Source of the DNA: Candidatus Marinacidobacterium sp.
GTDB taxonomy: Bacteria; Acidobacteriota; Vicinamibacteria; Marinacidobacterales; Marinacidobacteraceae
Length of the DNA: 64,000 nucleotides
Direction: 5' to 3'
Assembly (NCBI GenBank): GCA_965220965.1
Contig: OZ244852.1
Location: 2,080,001-2,144,000, forward strand
Made by a program: the position numbers and the translations under genes. The notes beneath the pieces were generated by a model. The model saw only the letters and a list, made by a program, of their open reading frames with translations. It did not search any database and was not told where the DNA came from. This document shows positions 9,312-22,275 of this stretch, piece by piece; position 1 is the first letter of the stretch; each line of letters opens with the position of its first letter.

Positions 9312-10634
9312 GTGGTCTGGGCGCTCGGCGCGGCGCTGTTCGCCGTCTTTGCCATGTCGGCGTTCTTCTCCGGCTCGGAGACCGCTTTCATGGCGGTCCG
9401 CCTCCACCGGCTGCGGGAGATGGCGTCGCGCAACCGGCGGGCCGCCGCGGTCCTGAAGATCGTCGGCCATCCGGAACGCTTCCTGGGGGCGATCCTCACC
9501 GGCAACGTCTTCGTCAACGCCCTCGCGGGCGTGCTGATCACGCTGGTCTTCTCGGCGGGCGCGGAGACCACCGAGCAGCGGGCGCAGGCCGCCACCCTGG
9601 CCACGCTGGTCGTCGGCGCGGTTCTCCTGGTGTTCGGGGAGATGATCCCCAAGAGCGTCGCCTCCCGGCACGCCGAACGGTGGGCGCTGGTCACGATCCG
9701 CCCGGTCCAGGTTCTTCTGCGGCTGCTCGGCCCGATCACCGGGGCGCTGACCTGGCTGGTGACGCGCCTGCTCAGGATCTTCCGGATCCCGCGACCCGAC
9801 CGGGACCCGGGAATCAGCCCCGCGGAGATCCGGGCCAGCCTTCGCAGCGGATCCGGCGCCGAGCGGGCCGAGCAGGAAGTGCTGGCGCGGCTCGCCGACG
9901 CCACCGCGCGCCGGCTCACCGAGGTGATGACGCCCCGGCGGGCGGTGGAAGCCGTTTCCGAGAGCGCCGCCGCGGACGAGCTGCTCCGCCGGTTCCGCAA
10001 GGGCGGGCACCGGCAACTGCCGGTCGTCGGCGCCAGCCTCGACGAGGTCCGGGGGCTGGTGGATCTGCGCGACGCGCTGGCGGCCTCCGCGAGCGGCGAA
10101 AACTTCGTCCTGGCCGACCACATCCTCCCGGCGCAGTTCTGCCCCGGCGCGGCGACCCTCGCCCAGGCCCTGATCCAGATGCGCGACCAGGACTCCCGGC
10201 TCCTCATCGTGGTGGACGAGCACGGGGGAGTCGAGGGCATCGTCACGGCGGCCTCGCTGCTGGAGGCGGCCTGGGGCTCGGGGCCGGCGGCGGCGCGCGA
10301 TCCGGCGGGATCGTGGCTGCTCGACGGGGCGCTCCCGGTCTCCGAGGCCAACATCGAGCTGGCGCGCCGGAGCGGGGGGGCCGAGGCCTCCGGAGAGACG
10401 ATCCAGATCCCGCCGGGCGACGACTACGACACGGTCGGCGGGTTCGTCCTCGCCCATACCGGCCGGATCCCGGCGCCCGGCGAAACGGTCGCCGTGCCCG
10501 GCGGCGTCATCCGCGTGGAGGAGGTCGGGGAGAACCGGATCCGGCGACTCCGGGTCGAACCGGCGGCGGTCGCGCCGGAGGTCGCTCGCGCGGCGGTGAC
10601 GAAGCAATCGGACGACCCGGCGGCTCCGAACTGA
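9312..10634 (+). CDS. CNNM/hemolysin-family protein (DUF21-CBS-CorC)
   Basis: SAFFSGSETA, VFGEMIPKS, VMTPR, VVDEHGGVEGIVT, DYDTVGGFV. Confidence 0.88.
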   Translation: MVWALGAALFAVFAMSAFFSGSETAFMAVRLHRLREMASRNRRAAAVLKIVGHPERFLGAILTGNVFVNALAGVLITLVFSAGAETTEQRAQAATLATLVVGAVLLVFGEMIPKSVASRHAERWALVTIRPVQVLLRLLGPITGALTWLVTRLLRIFRIPRPDRDPGISPAEIRASLRSGSGAERAEQEVLARLADATARRLTEVMTPRRAVEAVSESAAADELLRRFRKGGHRQLPVVGASLDEVRGLVDLRDALAASASGENFVLADHILPAQFCPGAATLAQALIQMRDQDSRLLIVVDEHGGVEGIVTAASLLEAAWGSGPAAARDPAGSWLLDGALPVSEANIELARRSGGAEASGETIQIPPGDDYDTVGGFVLAHTGRIPAPGETVAVPGGVIRVEEVGENRIRRLRVEPAAVAPEVARAAVTKQSDDPAAPN

Positions 10635-10656
10635 CGCTTCGGGGGCCGGGGCCGTC

Positions 10657-11748
10657 GTGAAGCGTCCGCTGCGCCGGCGACTCGCGGAGGCGGCGCGGAC
10701 CGCGCTGCGAACGACGCTCCCTTCGTGGCCTCGAGAGGCGGGGATCCTGGTCGGCTTCTCCGGAGGTCCGGACTCGACGGTGCTGCTGCGATTGCTGGTT
10801 GACGAGGCCCGGCGGGAGGGATTCCATCCGCCGCGGGCCGGGAAGAAGGCCGTCGTGGTGGCGGCGCACCTCGACCACGGGCTCCGCCCGGACTCGGGCG
10901 ACCAGGCCGCCGCCGCGTCGCGCGCCGCCGCCGCCCTCGGCGTCCGGTGCGTGGTCGAACGCCGCGACGTGGCGGAACGGGTACGGCGCGAGGCGCAGTC
11001 GGTCCAGGAGGCGGCGCGCGAGGTTCGCCTCGCGTTCCTGGCCGAGACCGCGGGCGCCCGCGGTCTCGCCGCGGTGGCGCTCGGTCACACCCGTTCGGAT
11101 CAGGCGGAAACGCTGCTGCTCCGCCTGGCGCGGGGGTCGGGGACCGGCGGGCTCTCCGCGATGGCCCCGGCGCGCCCGATGCCCGGCCCCGGGGCCCCGC
11201 TCCTGCTCCTGCGCCCGCTGCTCGGAGTCTCGCGGAGCGAGATCGATGCGCTGGTTCAGGCCGAGGGATGGCCGGTCGCGGAGGACCCCTCGAACCGGGA
11301 TCTCCGCTTCGCCCGGAACCGGCTCCGCCAGGGAGCGCTGGCGCGGCTCCGCGACGAGATCAACCCCGCAGCGGAGACGGCGCTCGCCCGGGCCGCGACG
11401 CTGCTGCGCGACGACGAGGAGTGGCTCGCGGCGCGGGCGAAGGAGGTCTTCCGTGAACTCGCCAGCCGGGACGGCGCCGGAACCGCCCTCCCCGCGGCCG
11501 GACTCGTGGATCTCCCGCCGGCGATCTCCCGTCGCGTGGTCCGGCTGGCGCTGGAGCAGGTTCGCGGCCGCCTGCAGCGCATCGGGCTGGTCCACGTGGA
11601 GGATGTGCTCCGCCTGGCGCGCGCCGGGCGCGGCGGCGCTTCGCTGGATCTCCCCGGAGTCACCGTCAGGCTGCAGGAGGGGTTCGTGCGATTCGCGCTC
11701 CCCTCGCTGACGCAGAACCGGGAGTCTGCGACGAAGAACGGGACCTGA
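10657..11748 (+). CDS. tilS: tRNA(Ile)-lysidine synthetase
   Basis: PP-loop [47 protein letters not shown]. Confidence 0.92.
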   Translation: MKRPLRRRLAEAARTALRTTLPSWPREAGILVGFSGGPDSTVLLRLLVDEARREGFHPPRAGKKAVVVAAHLDHGLRPDSGDQAAAASRAAAALGVRCVVERRDVAERVRREAQSVQEAAREVRLAFLAETAGARGLAAVALGHTRSDQAETLLLRLARGSGTGGLSAMAPARPMPGPGAPLLLLRPLLGVSRSEIDALVQAEGWPVAEDPSNRDLRFARNRLRQGALARLRDEINPAAETALARAATLLRDDEEWLAARAKEVFRELASRDGAGTALPAAGLVDLPPAISRRVVRLALEQVRGRLQRIGLVHVEDVLRLARAGRGGASLDLPGVTVRLQEGFVRFALPSLTQNRESATKNGT

Positions 11749-11844
11749 CGACGGTCGCTACGGCTCGCGGGAACACCGACTGGCGACCCGGCGTTTCCCC
11801 AACGGATGACGAAGCAATCACCCGGAAAGCGCGGCTGGCCCGCC

Positions 11845-11850
11845 TATAAT
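11845..11850 (+). promoter_or_regulatory. Candidate sigma70 -10 box upstream of ftsH
   Basis: Perfect TATAAT in GC-rich intergenic DNA about 90 bp before ftsH; no clear -35. Confidence 0.45.
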
Positions 11851-11942
11851 CCGGAGGAAACCATCCGGGGGAACAGGGGGCGGGGACCCTCCTCTGGAGG
11901 GGCCGGGCTTCCGCCGGCCCTGAAGGCGGGAACCGCATCACG

Positions 11943-13865
<1,923 letters not shown>

Positions 13866-13903
13866 GGAACGGGTTCGGGCCGGCGCCACGGCCCAGGCTC
13901 TGA

Positions 13904-14776
13904 ATGTCGTTCGCCGACCGGCTCCGCGACTTCGCGGGGACTCTGGCCGGACGGCTTTCCTTCCTGGATGTCGTCGACATCCTGCTGGTGGCGGGCGGCG
14001 TGTATGTCCTGCTGAAGCTCATCGAGGGACGCCGGGCCTCGCAGATGGCCTTCGGCACCGTCGTCGTGGGCGGCCTGCTGGTCCTCACCGGTTCCTCGCA
14101 GCTCGGTCTCACCACCGTGCAGTGGGTCGTGCGCAACACCCTGCCGTACCTGGGCATCGCGCTCATCGTTCTCTATCAGGCGGAGATCAGGACCGGGCTG
14201 GCGCAGATCGGTGGCGGCTTCCTGTTTCGCAACCGCCGACGCGACCAGGACCTGGAGCAGGAGACGGTCACCGCCCTGGTGCGCGCCGCGATGGACCTTT
14301 CCCGCGGGCGCGTCGGAGCGATCATCGTGTGGCAGGGCGCCATCGGGCTCAAGAGTTACGCCGACACCGGCGTCTCCATCGACGCCGCGCTGACCTCGCG
14401 GCTTCTTGTCGCGTTGTTCCAGACCACGTCCCCGCTCCACGACGGGGCGGTCATCGTGAGCGGCGGCCGGATCGTGGCCGCGCGGTGTCTGCTGCCGCTC
14501 TCCCAGCAGGAGACCCGGACCGGCGGCACGCGCCACCGGGCGGCGATGGGCCTGACCGAAGAGACCGACGCCACCGTCCTCGTGGTCTCGGAGGAGACCG
14601 GACTCGCCAGCGTCGCGTCCGGCGGCGGCATCGTGCCGGCGGCGGACGCCGCCGACCTGGAGTCCCAGTTGATCCGGTCCCGTCCTTTCCGCGCCGGTTC
14701 GCGCGCAAGCGCCGAGACCCCCCAGCCCCGGCCGGCCCCCGAAGCGGTGCTGGCCCGATCGACGCGGCGGACATGA
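13904..14776 (+). CDS. cdaA: Diadenylate cyclase CdaA/DacA
   Basis: Three N-terminal TM helices; catalytic motifs PLHDGAV and GTRHRAAMG; VSEETG. Confidence 0.92.
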   Translation: MSFADRLRDFAGTLAGRLSFLDVVDILLVAGGVYVLLKLIEGRRASQMAFGTVVVGGLLVLTGSSQLGLTTVQWVVRNTLPYLGIALIVLYQAEIRTGLAQIGGGFLFRNRRRDQDLEQETVTALVRAAMDLSRGRVGAIIVWQGAIGLKSYADTGVSIDAALTSRLLVALFQTTSPLHDGAVIVSGGRIVAARCLLPLSQQETRTGGTRHRAAMGLTEETDATVLVVSEETGLASVASGGGIVPAADAADLESQLIRSRPFRAGSRASAETPQPRPAPEAVLARSTRRT

Positions 14777-15768
14777 CGGACCTCGTCCCCGGCGGGGGGC
14801 CGTTTCGCGCGAGGGAGGTCCTGCGGGTTCTCTTTTCGCTCGCCCTCGCGGCGGGCATGTGGGTCTTCGTGGCCGATGAAGAAGGGACCGAGATCCTGGT
14901 GTCGGCGCCGCTGGAGCTTCGCAACGTCCCCCCCGGCCTCGAAGTCGTGAGTCAGTCGGAACAGGCGGTGGACATCCGGCTGCGGGGCTCTTCCGGCCTG
15001 CTCCGCGACGCGCCGCTCGAGGACCTCCGGGCCGGGCTGGACCTGACCGGCGAGCTTCCCGGCGAGCGCACCTGGTTCCTGGGCACCGAGGCGGTCGAAG
15101 CCCCCTCCGGGGTCGAAGTGATGCGCGTGGATCCGTCGCAGGTGGTGTTGTGGCTGGACCGCACGGTGACGAACGAGGTCCGGGTGAGTCCGAGGGTCCT
15201 GGGACAGCCGGCGACCGGCTTCGAGATCCATCAGGTCGTGATCGAGCCCCAGGAGCTCACCGTGGAAGGCCCCGAAACACTGCTGCGGGACATGGAAGCG
15301 ATCACGACCGAGCCGATCTCGGCGCAGGGGCTGCGCGAGACCTACGCGCAGCGGCTCCAGATCGAACTGGACCCGGCGCTTCGTCCCAGTCTCCGGCGCG
15401 TCGATGTGCGACTCCTCATCGGCGAGGAGCGGGAGACGCGGGAACTGCGTCTTCCGGTGCGCCCGGCGGTCTCCGAAGAGACCGGGAACAACTGTGACGT
15501 GCTGGCGCCCGAGGTCGGGGCGACCGTGCTGGTTCCCCGGAGCCTGACCGACGCCCTCGATGCCGCCGAGACCGAAATCGGCTACGCCGAAGTGGACTGC
15601 TCCGGCCTCGAGGCGGGGAGCCACCAGGTCGTCCCGGCGGTGGTGTTCGTCGCGATCAGCGGGCCGGGCCTGGCGGTGGCGGCGCTGGACCCGGAGACGG
15701 TCACGGTCGTCGTGGCCCCCGGCGAAGAAGCGCCCCCCGAATCGGGCGCCGCTCCCGGAGACCGCTGA
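14773..15768 (+). CDS. cdaR: CdaR/YbbR-like regulator
   Basis: ATG 14773 overlaps the cdaA stop. N-terminal TM (LFSLALAAGMWVFV) followed by YbbR-like beta repeats. Confidence 0.8.
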   Translation: MTDLVPGGGPFRAREVLRVLFSLALAAGMWVFVADEEGTEILVSAPLELRNVPPGLEVVSQSEQAVDIRLRGSSGLLRDAPLEDLRAGLDLTGELPGERTWFLGTEAVEAPSGVEVMRVDPSQVVLWLDRTVTNEVRVSPRVLGQPATGFEIHQVVIEPQELTVEGPETLLRDMEAITTEPISAQGLRETYAQRLQIELDPALRPSLRRVDVRLLIGEERETRELRLPVRPAVSEETGNNCDVLAPEVGATVLVPRSLTDALDAAETEIGYAEVDCSGLEAGSHQVVPAVVFVAISGPGLAVAALDPETVTVVVAPGEEAPPESGAAPGDR

Positions 15769-15789
15769 TCGCGTCCCGCAGCAACATTT

Positions 15790-16449
15790 ATGGCTGACTC
15801 CCCGGCCCGACCCCGCCGCTCCACGGCGCGGGAGTACTTCGAGTCGATCTGCGCCGCGGTGATCCTGGCGCTCTTCGTCCGGACCTTCGTGTTCCAGGCG
15901 TTCAAGATCCCGACCGGTTCGATGCTCGACAACCTGCTGATCGGCGACCACCTCATGGTGAACAAGATGCTCTACCACGAGGCCGGCATGCCGCTCATGC
16001 CGTCGCGTCCGGTGGAGCGCGGCGATGTGGTGGTCTTCAAGTTCCCCGAAGAGCCGGAGCGCGACTTCATCAAGCGGGTCGTCGGACTCCCCGGCGAAAC
16101 GATCACGGTCGGCCGGCGACAGGTCCTGGTGGACGGGGAACCGCTCGCGGAGCCCTACACCCGGTTCATCCATGGAGGCCAGCCGGCGACGCGCGAGCAC
16201 CGGGTGCCCGAAGGGCACTACTTCATGATGGGCGACAACCGCGACAACAGCCATGACAGCCGGTTCTGGGGCTCGCTCCCCGCCAGCCACGTCAAGGGCA
16301 AGGGGCTGTTCATCTACTGGTCCTACGGCGCGCCGCGCGAGGAGTACCTCGAAACCCGGCTCTCGAGGCGCGCCCTCGACCTGCTCCTGCTTCCGGTCCG
16401 GTTCGTCTCCCGCACCCGCTGGTCCCGCTTCTTCACTCCGGTGGAGTAA
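15790..16449 (+). CDS. lepB: Signal peptidase I
   Basis: IPTGSM (catalytic Ser), FIKRVVGLPG (catalytic Lys), MGDNRDNSHDSRFWG. Confidence 0.95.
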   Translation: MADSPARPRRSTAREYFESICAAVILALFVRTFVFQAFKIPTGSMLDNLLIGDHLMVNKMLYHEAGMPLMPSRPVERGDVVVFKFPEEPERDFIKRVVGLPGETITVGRRQVLVDGEPLAEPYTRFIHGGQPATREHRVPEGHYFMMGDNRDNSHDSRFWGSLPASHVKGKGLFIYWSYGAPREEYLETRLSRRALDLLLLPVRFVSRTRWSRFFTPVE

Positions 16450-16482
16450 GCCGCCCCAGCAGGGCAAGGGCAGGGCGCGAAG

Positions 16483-17202
16483 TCAGGCGCCCGGCGGGGC
16501 CCTTCGCGGTCCGAAGATCGCGGTCCCGACCCGCACCGCGGTGGCGCCCTCGGCGATCGCGACCTCGAAGTCGTGGCTCATCCCCATCGAGAGCTGCGGC
16601 CGAGGGGGCAACAGCCCGCCCGCGTGGCGCTCCGCAAGCTGGCGGAGGCGGGCGAACCACGGCCGGGTCACCTCCGGATCCGGATCGAACGGAGGGATCA
16701 GCATGAGGCCCAGGAGCTCGAGGCCGGGGAGCTCGCGCATCGCGGCGAGCGCCGGCTCGACATCCGCCTCGGGGATCCCGAACTTCGTGGACTCGCTGGC
16801 GAGATTCACCTGGAGGAAGACGCGCAGGGCCCCCCCGCCGGGCGGCGCCGCTCCCTCGCTCACCAGGCGCGACAGACGCCGCGCCAACCCCTCGCTGTCC
16901 ACCGAGTGGATCGTCGGAAACCAGCGGATCGCCGCCTTCGCCTTGTTCTTCTGGAGGTGGCCGATGAAGTGCGGGGTGAACGGGGCGGACACGTCGGGGA
17001 ACTTGGTCGCCGCCTCCTGAACCCGGTTCTCCCCGAAGTCCGTCACGCCGCAGGCCGCGACCGCATCGATGTCCGCGGCCGGACGGGTCTTCGAAACGGC
17101 GATCAGCCGCACCGTTCCCGGGTCCCGGCCGGCCCGGCCGCAGGCGTCGGCGATCCGGCCTCGGACTCCGGCGATCCGCTCGGCGAGCGGCGGGAGGCTC
17201 AC
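16483..17202 (-). CDS. yggS: PLP homeostasis protein YggS/PROSC family
   Basis: [55 protein letters not shown] 17202 overlaps the upstream stop; the ORF-track start at 17646 is too far upstream. Confidence 0.92.
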   Translation of the reverse strand: MSLPPLAERIAGVRGRIADACGRAGRDPGTVRLIAVSKTRPAADIDAVAACGVTDFGENRVQEAATKFPDVSAPFTPHFIGHLQKNKAKAAIRWFPTIHSVDSEGLARRLSRLVSEGAAPPGGGALRVFLQVNLASESTKFGIPEADVEPALAAMRELPGLELLGLMLIPPFDPDPEVTRPWFARLRQLAERHAGGLLPPRPQLSMGMSHDFEVAIAEGATAVRVGTAIFGPRRAPPGA

Positions 17203-19229
17203 GGGAGGCCCTCCAGGAAGCGCACCGCCTCGGCGGTGTCGTGGATCCGCCGAAACGGCGGCAGGGAGTCGAGGATCCTCCGCCCGTAGGGACGGGTGAC
17301 CAGCCGGGAGTCGAACACCGCCGCGAGCCCCTGGTCCCGGTGGGACCGGATGAGGCGCCCGAGCCCCTGCTTGAGCGCGAGCGTGGTGAGCGGCACGGTG
17401 TAGTGGGCGAAGCCGCTTCCGGTCGCCTGCTCGGCGCGCTCCTGGCGGGCCTGCTGGAGCGGATCGGTGGGCACCGGAAACGGGAGCTTGTCGATCACCA
17501 GCAGGGTCAGGTCCTCTCCCGGGAGATCGACGCCCTCCCAGAAGGAGCGGACGCCGAGCAGCACGGCGTTCGATTGCCGCCGGAAGTCGTCGAGGCGACG
17601 CTGGTTCGCGCCGCCCTTCTCCTGGCGAAGCACCGGGTAGCGGCACGTCTCCCGGAGCCGCCGGTGGACGCGCTCCAGGTTGCCCCAGCTCGTGAACAGG
17701 ACGAGGGCCCGGCCGCGGCTGGCGTTGATGAGCTCGAGCAGCCGCCGGGCGACTTCGGGGACGAAGTGCGGACTCTGGGGCGGCGGCAGGTCGCGCGGCA
17801 CGAAGAGCCGCCCCTGGTCCTCATAGTCGAACGGGGAGGGGATCGCCGCCTCGCGCGCGTCCGGAACGCCGAGCTCCTCGGCGGCGTGCGCGAAGCCCCC
17901 ATCCACCGACAGCGTGGCGGAGGTCAGCACGCACGACCCGACCTCCTCGAACAGCAGGCCGGGGAGCTGGCCCCCGGGGTGCACCGGCGCCACGGTGGCG
18001 TAGAGCGCCGGGTTCGCTTTCGTTCGCTTGCCGGGCCGCCCGAGAGGCAGCGCTTCGGGCGAGGCCCGCCCGTCGTTGCGATCGACGACGCGGGTCCAGT
18101 GAACGACGTCTTCGCGCTCCCCGAAGACCTCTTCGAGATCGCGCTGGAGGTCCTGGATCTTGACGATCAGCCGCGTCGCGCCAGCCGCCGGGTCCTCCGC
18201 GCCGGGCGGCGCGGACGCCCGCTCCGACGCCGGTTCCGCCACCTCCTCGACGCTCGCCCCGAGCGCCGCGAGATGCGCCTCGGCGTGTTCCCTGGCCTCC
18301 GTCGCCGCTTCGGAGAGCGCCTGCGGATCGAATCCCTGCGCCTCGCCGGGGGCGCCCCACGGAAGCTCGCCAAAGAGCTCCTTCCAGGCGCGCTTCAGGC
18401 GCGCGGCGGCGGGCGGAGTGGCGCCCTCGGGGCGGGCCTTCTTCCAGAAGCGGTTCAGGTCGACGGCCAGCCGTTCCGCGGCGCCGGAGGTCAGGGTGTA
18501 GGAAAGGCTCTGGGTGGCGGCGGCCTCGAGGCGGTGCGCCTCATCCACGATGAGGCGGTCGTAGTCGCCGAGGATCTCCCCGAAACCGTTCTGCCGGACC
18601 AGCCGATCCGCCACCAGCAGGTGGTGGTTCACGATGAGGATCCGGCTCTTGCGGGTCGCCTGGCGAAGGTTCGTCAGATAACACTCGTCGTACTCGGGAC
18701 AGTTGCGGCCGATGCAGTTCTCCGCGACGGTCGAGATCCCGCGCCAGAACCCCGGCGAACTCCGCATCCCGGGGATCTCGTCCCGGTCGCCGGTCTTCGT
18801 GGTCGCCGCCCACGTCTCGATCCGGCGGATGTCCGCCTGCCGGGCTCGCGGGTGGAGGGCGGTTTCCCCGTCGAGGAGGCGGCCCCACTCCAGCCGGCAC
18901 AGGTAGTTCTCCCTTCCCTTGACCCGGACGGCCTGGACCCGCCGACCCAGCAGCCGCTGGAGTTGCGGCAGGTCCTTCTCGAAGAGCTGGTCCTGGAGCG
19001 CCCGGGTGGCCGTCGAGATGACGACCCTTTCGTCGTGCAGGATCGCTGGGATCAGGTAGGCGAAGGACTTGCCGATCCCGGTGCCGGCCTCCACGAAGAG
19101 CGAGCCCCCGTCGCGAAGGACCTCCTCGACCTGCGCCGCCATCTCGATCTGTCCTTCCCGGACCTCGAACCCGGGCAGGCCGCGGGCCAGCGGCCCTTCG
19201 GGACCGAGGAGGTCGGCGGCCTCGCTCAT
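17199..19229 (-). CDS. ATP-dependent DNA helicase, DinG/YoaA family (Fe-S)
   Basis: [53 protein letters not shown]. Confidence 0.92.
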   Translation of the reverse strand: MSEAADLLGPEGPLARGLPGFEVREGQIEMAAQVEEVLRDGGSLFVEAGTGIGKSFAYLIPAILHDERVVISTATRALQDQLFEKDLPQLQRLLGRRVQAVRVKGRENYLCRLEWGRLLDGETALHPRARQADIRRIETWAATTKTGDRDEIPGMRSSPGFWRGISTVAENCIGRNCPEYDECYLTNLRQATRKSRILIVNHHLLVADRLVRQNGFGEILGDYDRLIVDEAHRLEAAATQSLSYTLTSGAAERLAVDLNRFWKKARPEGATPPAAARLKRAWKELFGELPWGAPGEAQGFDPQALSEAATEAREHAEAHLAALGASVEEVAEPASERASAPPGAEDPAAGATRLIVKIQDLQRDLEEVFGEREDVVHWTRVVDRNDGRASPEALPLGRPGKRTKANPALYATVAPVHPGGQLPGLLFEEVGSCVLTSATLSVDGGFAHAAEELGVPDAREAAIPSPFDYEDQGRLFVPRDLPPPQSPHFVPEVARRLLELINASRGRALVLFTSWGNLERVHRRLRETCRYPVLRQEKGGANQRRLDDFRRQSNAVLLGVRSFWEGVDLPGEDLTLLVIDKLPFPVPTDPLQQARQERAEQATGSGFAHYTVPLTTLALKQGLGRLIRSHRDQGLAAVFDSRLVTRPYGRRILDSLPPFRRIHDTAEAVRFLEGLP

Positions 19230-19272
19230 GCCGTCCGGTCGCGGGGACCGGGGCGACGCCCGGCCGTCCGGT

Positions 19273-20553
19273 TCACTGGATCCGCTCGGTGTAGAGCGGG
19301 AACCCGGAGGCGAACTCGGCGACCTCGTCCCGAAGACGGGCGAGCGCCGGTTCGTCGCCGGCGGCCCGGAGCGCGCGGTCCATCAGGCCGGCCACGACCC
19401 CCATCTCCGCCTCGCGCATCCCCCGGGTGGTGAGCGCCGCCGCGCCGAGACGGATCCCGCTGGCGATCATGGGCTTTTCCGGGTCGAAGGGGATCGTGTT
19501 CTTGTTCGCGGTGATCCCAGCCTCTTCGAGCACCTGTTCGGCGTCCCGCCCGGTGGTTCCGCGGGCCCGGACATCGACGAGCACGAGGTGGTTGTCGGTC
19601 CCTCCCGAGACGATGCGGAAGCGGTGGCCGGTGAGCGCCTCGGCGAGCGCCTTCGCGTTCGCCACCGTCTGGTGGGCGTAGTCGGAGAAGCCGGGCTGGA
19701 GCGCCTCCCGGAAGCAGACCGCCTTGGCGGCGATGGTGTGCATCATCGGCCCACCCTGGGTCCCGGGGAAGGTGAGGCTCTGGATCCGCTTGCTCAGCTT
19801 CCGGTCGTTCCAGAGGATGAGGCCGCCCCTCGGACCCCGCAGCGTCTTGTGGGTCGTGGTGGTCACGATGTCGGAGAGCGGCGTGGGGTTCGGCAGCGCG
19901 CCGCCGGCGACCAGGCCGGCGATGTGCGCCATGTCGGTGAAGACCCGGGCCCCGACCTCGTCTGCGATCTCGCGGATTTCCGGGTTCGGGAAGATGCGCG
20001 GGTAGGCGCTCGCCCCCACCAGGATCATCTTCGGCCGGTGCTCGCGGGCGAGCCGCCGGAGCTCGTCGAGGTCGAGCTGCTCGGTGTCCCGACGCACCCC
20101 GTAGGGGACCGGGTGGTAGGTCTGGCCGGAGAAGTTCAGCGGATGGCCATGCGTGAGGTGGCCTCCCTGGTCGAGCGCCATGCCCAGGAACGTGTCCCCC
20201 GGCTCGAGCAGGGTCTGGAACGCGACCATGTTCGCCTGCGTCCCGCTGTGCGGCTGGACGTTCGCCGATCGCGAGCCGAAGAGCTCCTTCGCCCGGTTGC
20301 GCGCCAGCCGCTCGGCGTCGTCCACGTGGATGCAGCCGCCGTAGTAGCGCCGGCCCGGGTAGCCCTCGGCGTACTTGTTCGTCATCACGGAGCCGGTGGC
20401 CTCCATGACGGCATCGCTCGCGAAGTTCTCGGAAGCGATGAGTTCGAGGCCCTCGGACTGGCGCGCCGCCTCGGCGCGGATGGTGGCGGCGATCTCGGGA
20501 TCGGCCTCCGCGAGCGGCGGGCCGAACAGGACGCGGGTGCGGGAATCGGTCAC
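19273..20553 (-). CDS. glyA: Serine hydroxymethyltransferase
   Basis: [44 protein letters not shown]. Confidence 0.98.
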   Translation of the reverse strand: MTDSRTRVLFGPPLAEADPEIAATIRAEAARQSEGLELIASENFASDAVMEATGSVMTNKYAEGYPGRRYYGGCIHVDDAERLARNRAKELFGSRSANVQPHSGTQANMVAFQTLLEPGDTFLGMALDQGGHLTHGHPLNFSGQTYHPVPYGVRRDTEQLDLDELRRLAREHRPKMILVGASAYPRIFPNPEIREIADEVGARVFTDMAHIAGLVAGGALPNPTPLSDIVTTTTHKTLRGPRGGLILWNDRKLSKRIQSLTFPGTQGGPMMHTIAAKAVCFREALQPGFSDYAHQTVANAKALAEALTGHRFRIVSGGTDNHLVLVDVRARGTTGRDAEQVLEEAGITANKNTIPFDPEKPMIASGIRLGAAALTTRGMREAEMGVVAGLMDRALRAAGDEPALARLRDEVAEFASGFPLYTERIQ

Positions 20554-20590
20554 GGCGCGAGTATAGAAAGCGGCGCCCCGTCCTGACCCT

Positions 20591-21511
20591 TCAGAGGAGG
20601 TAGGCCGCCGCGAACCCGATCTGGGCGAGCATCATCATGAGATACATGTGGCGCCAGGAGACGTGGTTCGCGTCGGTGGCGAGCTCTCCCGGCCGCCGGA
20701 GCAGGAGCCAGGCGGTGAAGACGCCGTAAAGCGCCAGTCCCACCCCAAGCAGGTCGAGCAGGAGAGCGTTTCCGGTGAGCAGCCCGGTGCGCACGCCGAG
20801 CGGTATCAGCGGAAACGGCAGCACGAAGAACGGCGCGATGCGCCACGCGGCGCCCCGGACGCCGTAGCGGACCGGGAGCGTCCGGCACCCGCCGGCGCGG
20901 TCCGCCTCGATGTCGGAGAAGTCCTTCGTCGTCGTGGCGCCGAGCAGGAAGAGGCCGAAGATCAGGCCGATGAACCACGGCTCGGGCGCGAGGACGGTGC
21001 GCAGCGAGGACCATCCCGCCACCTTGAGGAGGAGCCCCCGGGGGACGGCCACCGTCAGGTTGGCCACCATGCCGAGGCGCTTGGTGCGGAGCGGCGGCGC
21101 GGAGTACATCCACACGAAGCCGCTGGCGACGACCACGATCCAGAAGCACTCCCGCCCCGGCCCCGGACTCGCGAACCACGCGAGCGCGAGGGCGAGCGCC
21201 CAGACCACCGCCGTGAACCTCCGCGCCGCGGGAAGGCCCAACCGGCCCGACGGAAGCACCCGTCCCGGTTTGGCGATCCGGTCGATCTCGAGGTCGCAGA
21301 TCTGGTTCAGCGCGTTGCTCGCCGCGTTCAGCGCCGCCGCCATGAGCGAGCCCACGACCGGGTGGACCCACGAGACCTCGGCGAGTGGCGGCGAGGCGCC
21401 GAAGGCGGTGACGGCGCCGCTGAGGAAGCCGACGAGCGGAGGAAGGAGCGTGAACGGACGGGACAACTCGACGTAGAGGCCGGCCTGGCGGCGGACTTCC
21501 GCGAGGGTCAC
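20591..21511 (-). CDS. UbiA-superfamily prenyltransferase (DGGGP synthase/ChlG-like motifs)
   Basis: [52 protein letters not shown] 21511 overlaps the upstream stop. Confidence 0.8.
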   Translation of the reverse strand: MTLAEVRRQAGLYVELSRPFTLLPPLVGFLSGAVTAFGASPPLAEVSWVHPVVGSLMAAALNAASNALNQICDLEIDRIAKPGRVLPSGRLGLPAARRFTAVVWALALALAWFASPGPGRECFWIVVVASGFVWMYSAPPLRTKRLGMVANLTVAVPRGLLLKVAGWSSLRTVLAPEPWFIGLIFGLFLLGATTTKDFSDIEADRAGGCRTLPVRYGVRGAAWRIAPFFVLPFPLIPLGVRTGLLTGNALLLDLLGVGLALYGVFTAWLLLRRPGELATDANHVSWRHMYLMMMLAQIGFAAAYLL

Positions 21512-22227
21512 GCGCCTGCCCCGTAGGCGAGGGTCGCCGTCAGGACGCCTCCCGCCAGAACCGAGACGGCGTTCACACCGTCGTTGTCCAGCCACCCCCG
21601 CTGCTCCAGCGGCGCCAGGAGTCCCTCGAGCATCGCCGCGGCGAACCCGCAGGAAGCCGCAACGACCGCTATCGAGGCCGTGACGACGGACCCGGCGACG
21701 GCCACGCCCGCCACCAGCGCCGCCGCGGCCGCGCCCGCGAGCGAACCGGCGACGCTCACGCCGCCCGGCGTACCCGGCGGGACGCGGGAGAGGTCGGTGA
21801 GCCGCACGACGCGCCCGTCGAGCGCCATCCCGATCTCGGAGGCGACGGTGTCGGCGGCGGCCGTCGCCAGCGCTCCCGTGAACCCCGCCGCGGCCGCCGC
21901 GAACGCGGGGTCCCTCTCGCCGAGGAAGCCGGCGGCGATCGCGAAGGCGAGCGGGGGGCCCCCGTTCGCGAGCGCCTGCCGGACGCCGCGCGCGCCGCCG
22001 CGGCGTTCGGCGACACCGCGCGCCGCCTTGCGGCGCCAGCCGATGCGGGTCGCCGCCGAGCCGAGGATGAAGTAAGCCAGCAGCGCAACGTACCCCGGCC
22101 AGCCCAGCCCGATGGCCACGCCGGCGCCCACCAGGAAGGCCGCGGCGCCGCCCATCTGGGTGAGCGTCCCGATCCGGACGGCGCCCGCCGCCAGCACGGC
22201 GTTGACGGCGAGAAGCAGGGGGAGCAC
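21508..22227 (-). CDS. DUF92 (TMEM19/VTE6-like) membrane protein
   Basis: GARGVRQALANG, ADTVASEIG, VPPGTPGGVSVAG, DNDGVN. Confidence 0.85.
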   Translation of the reverse strand: MLPLLLAVNAVLAAGAVRIGTLTQMGGAAAFLVGAGVAIGLGWPGYVALLAYFILGSAATRIGWRRKAARGVAERRGGARGVRQALANGGPPLAFAIAAGFLGERDPAFAAAAAGFTGALATAAADTVASEIGMALDGRVVRLTDLSRVPPGTPGGVSVAGSLAGAAAAALVAGVAVAGSVVTASIAVVAASCGFAAAMLEGLLAPLEQRGWLDNDGVNAVSVLAGGVLTATLAYGAGA

Positions 22228-22275
22228 GTTGGACTCAGGGGCCCGGGGCGGGCCGGGCTCCGCGCCGCGGACGGA

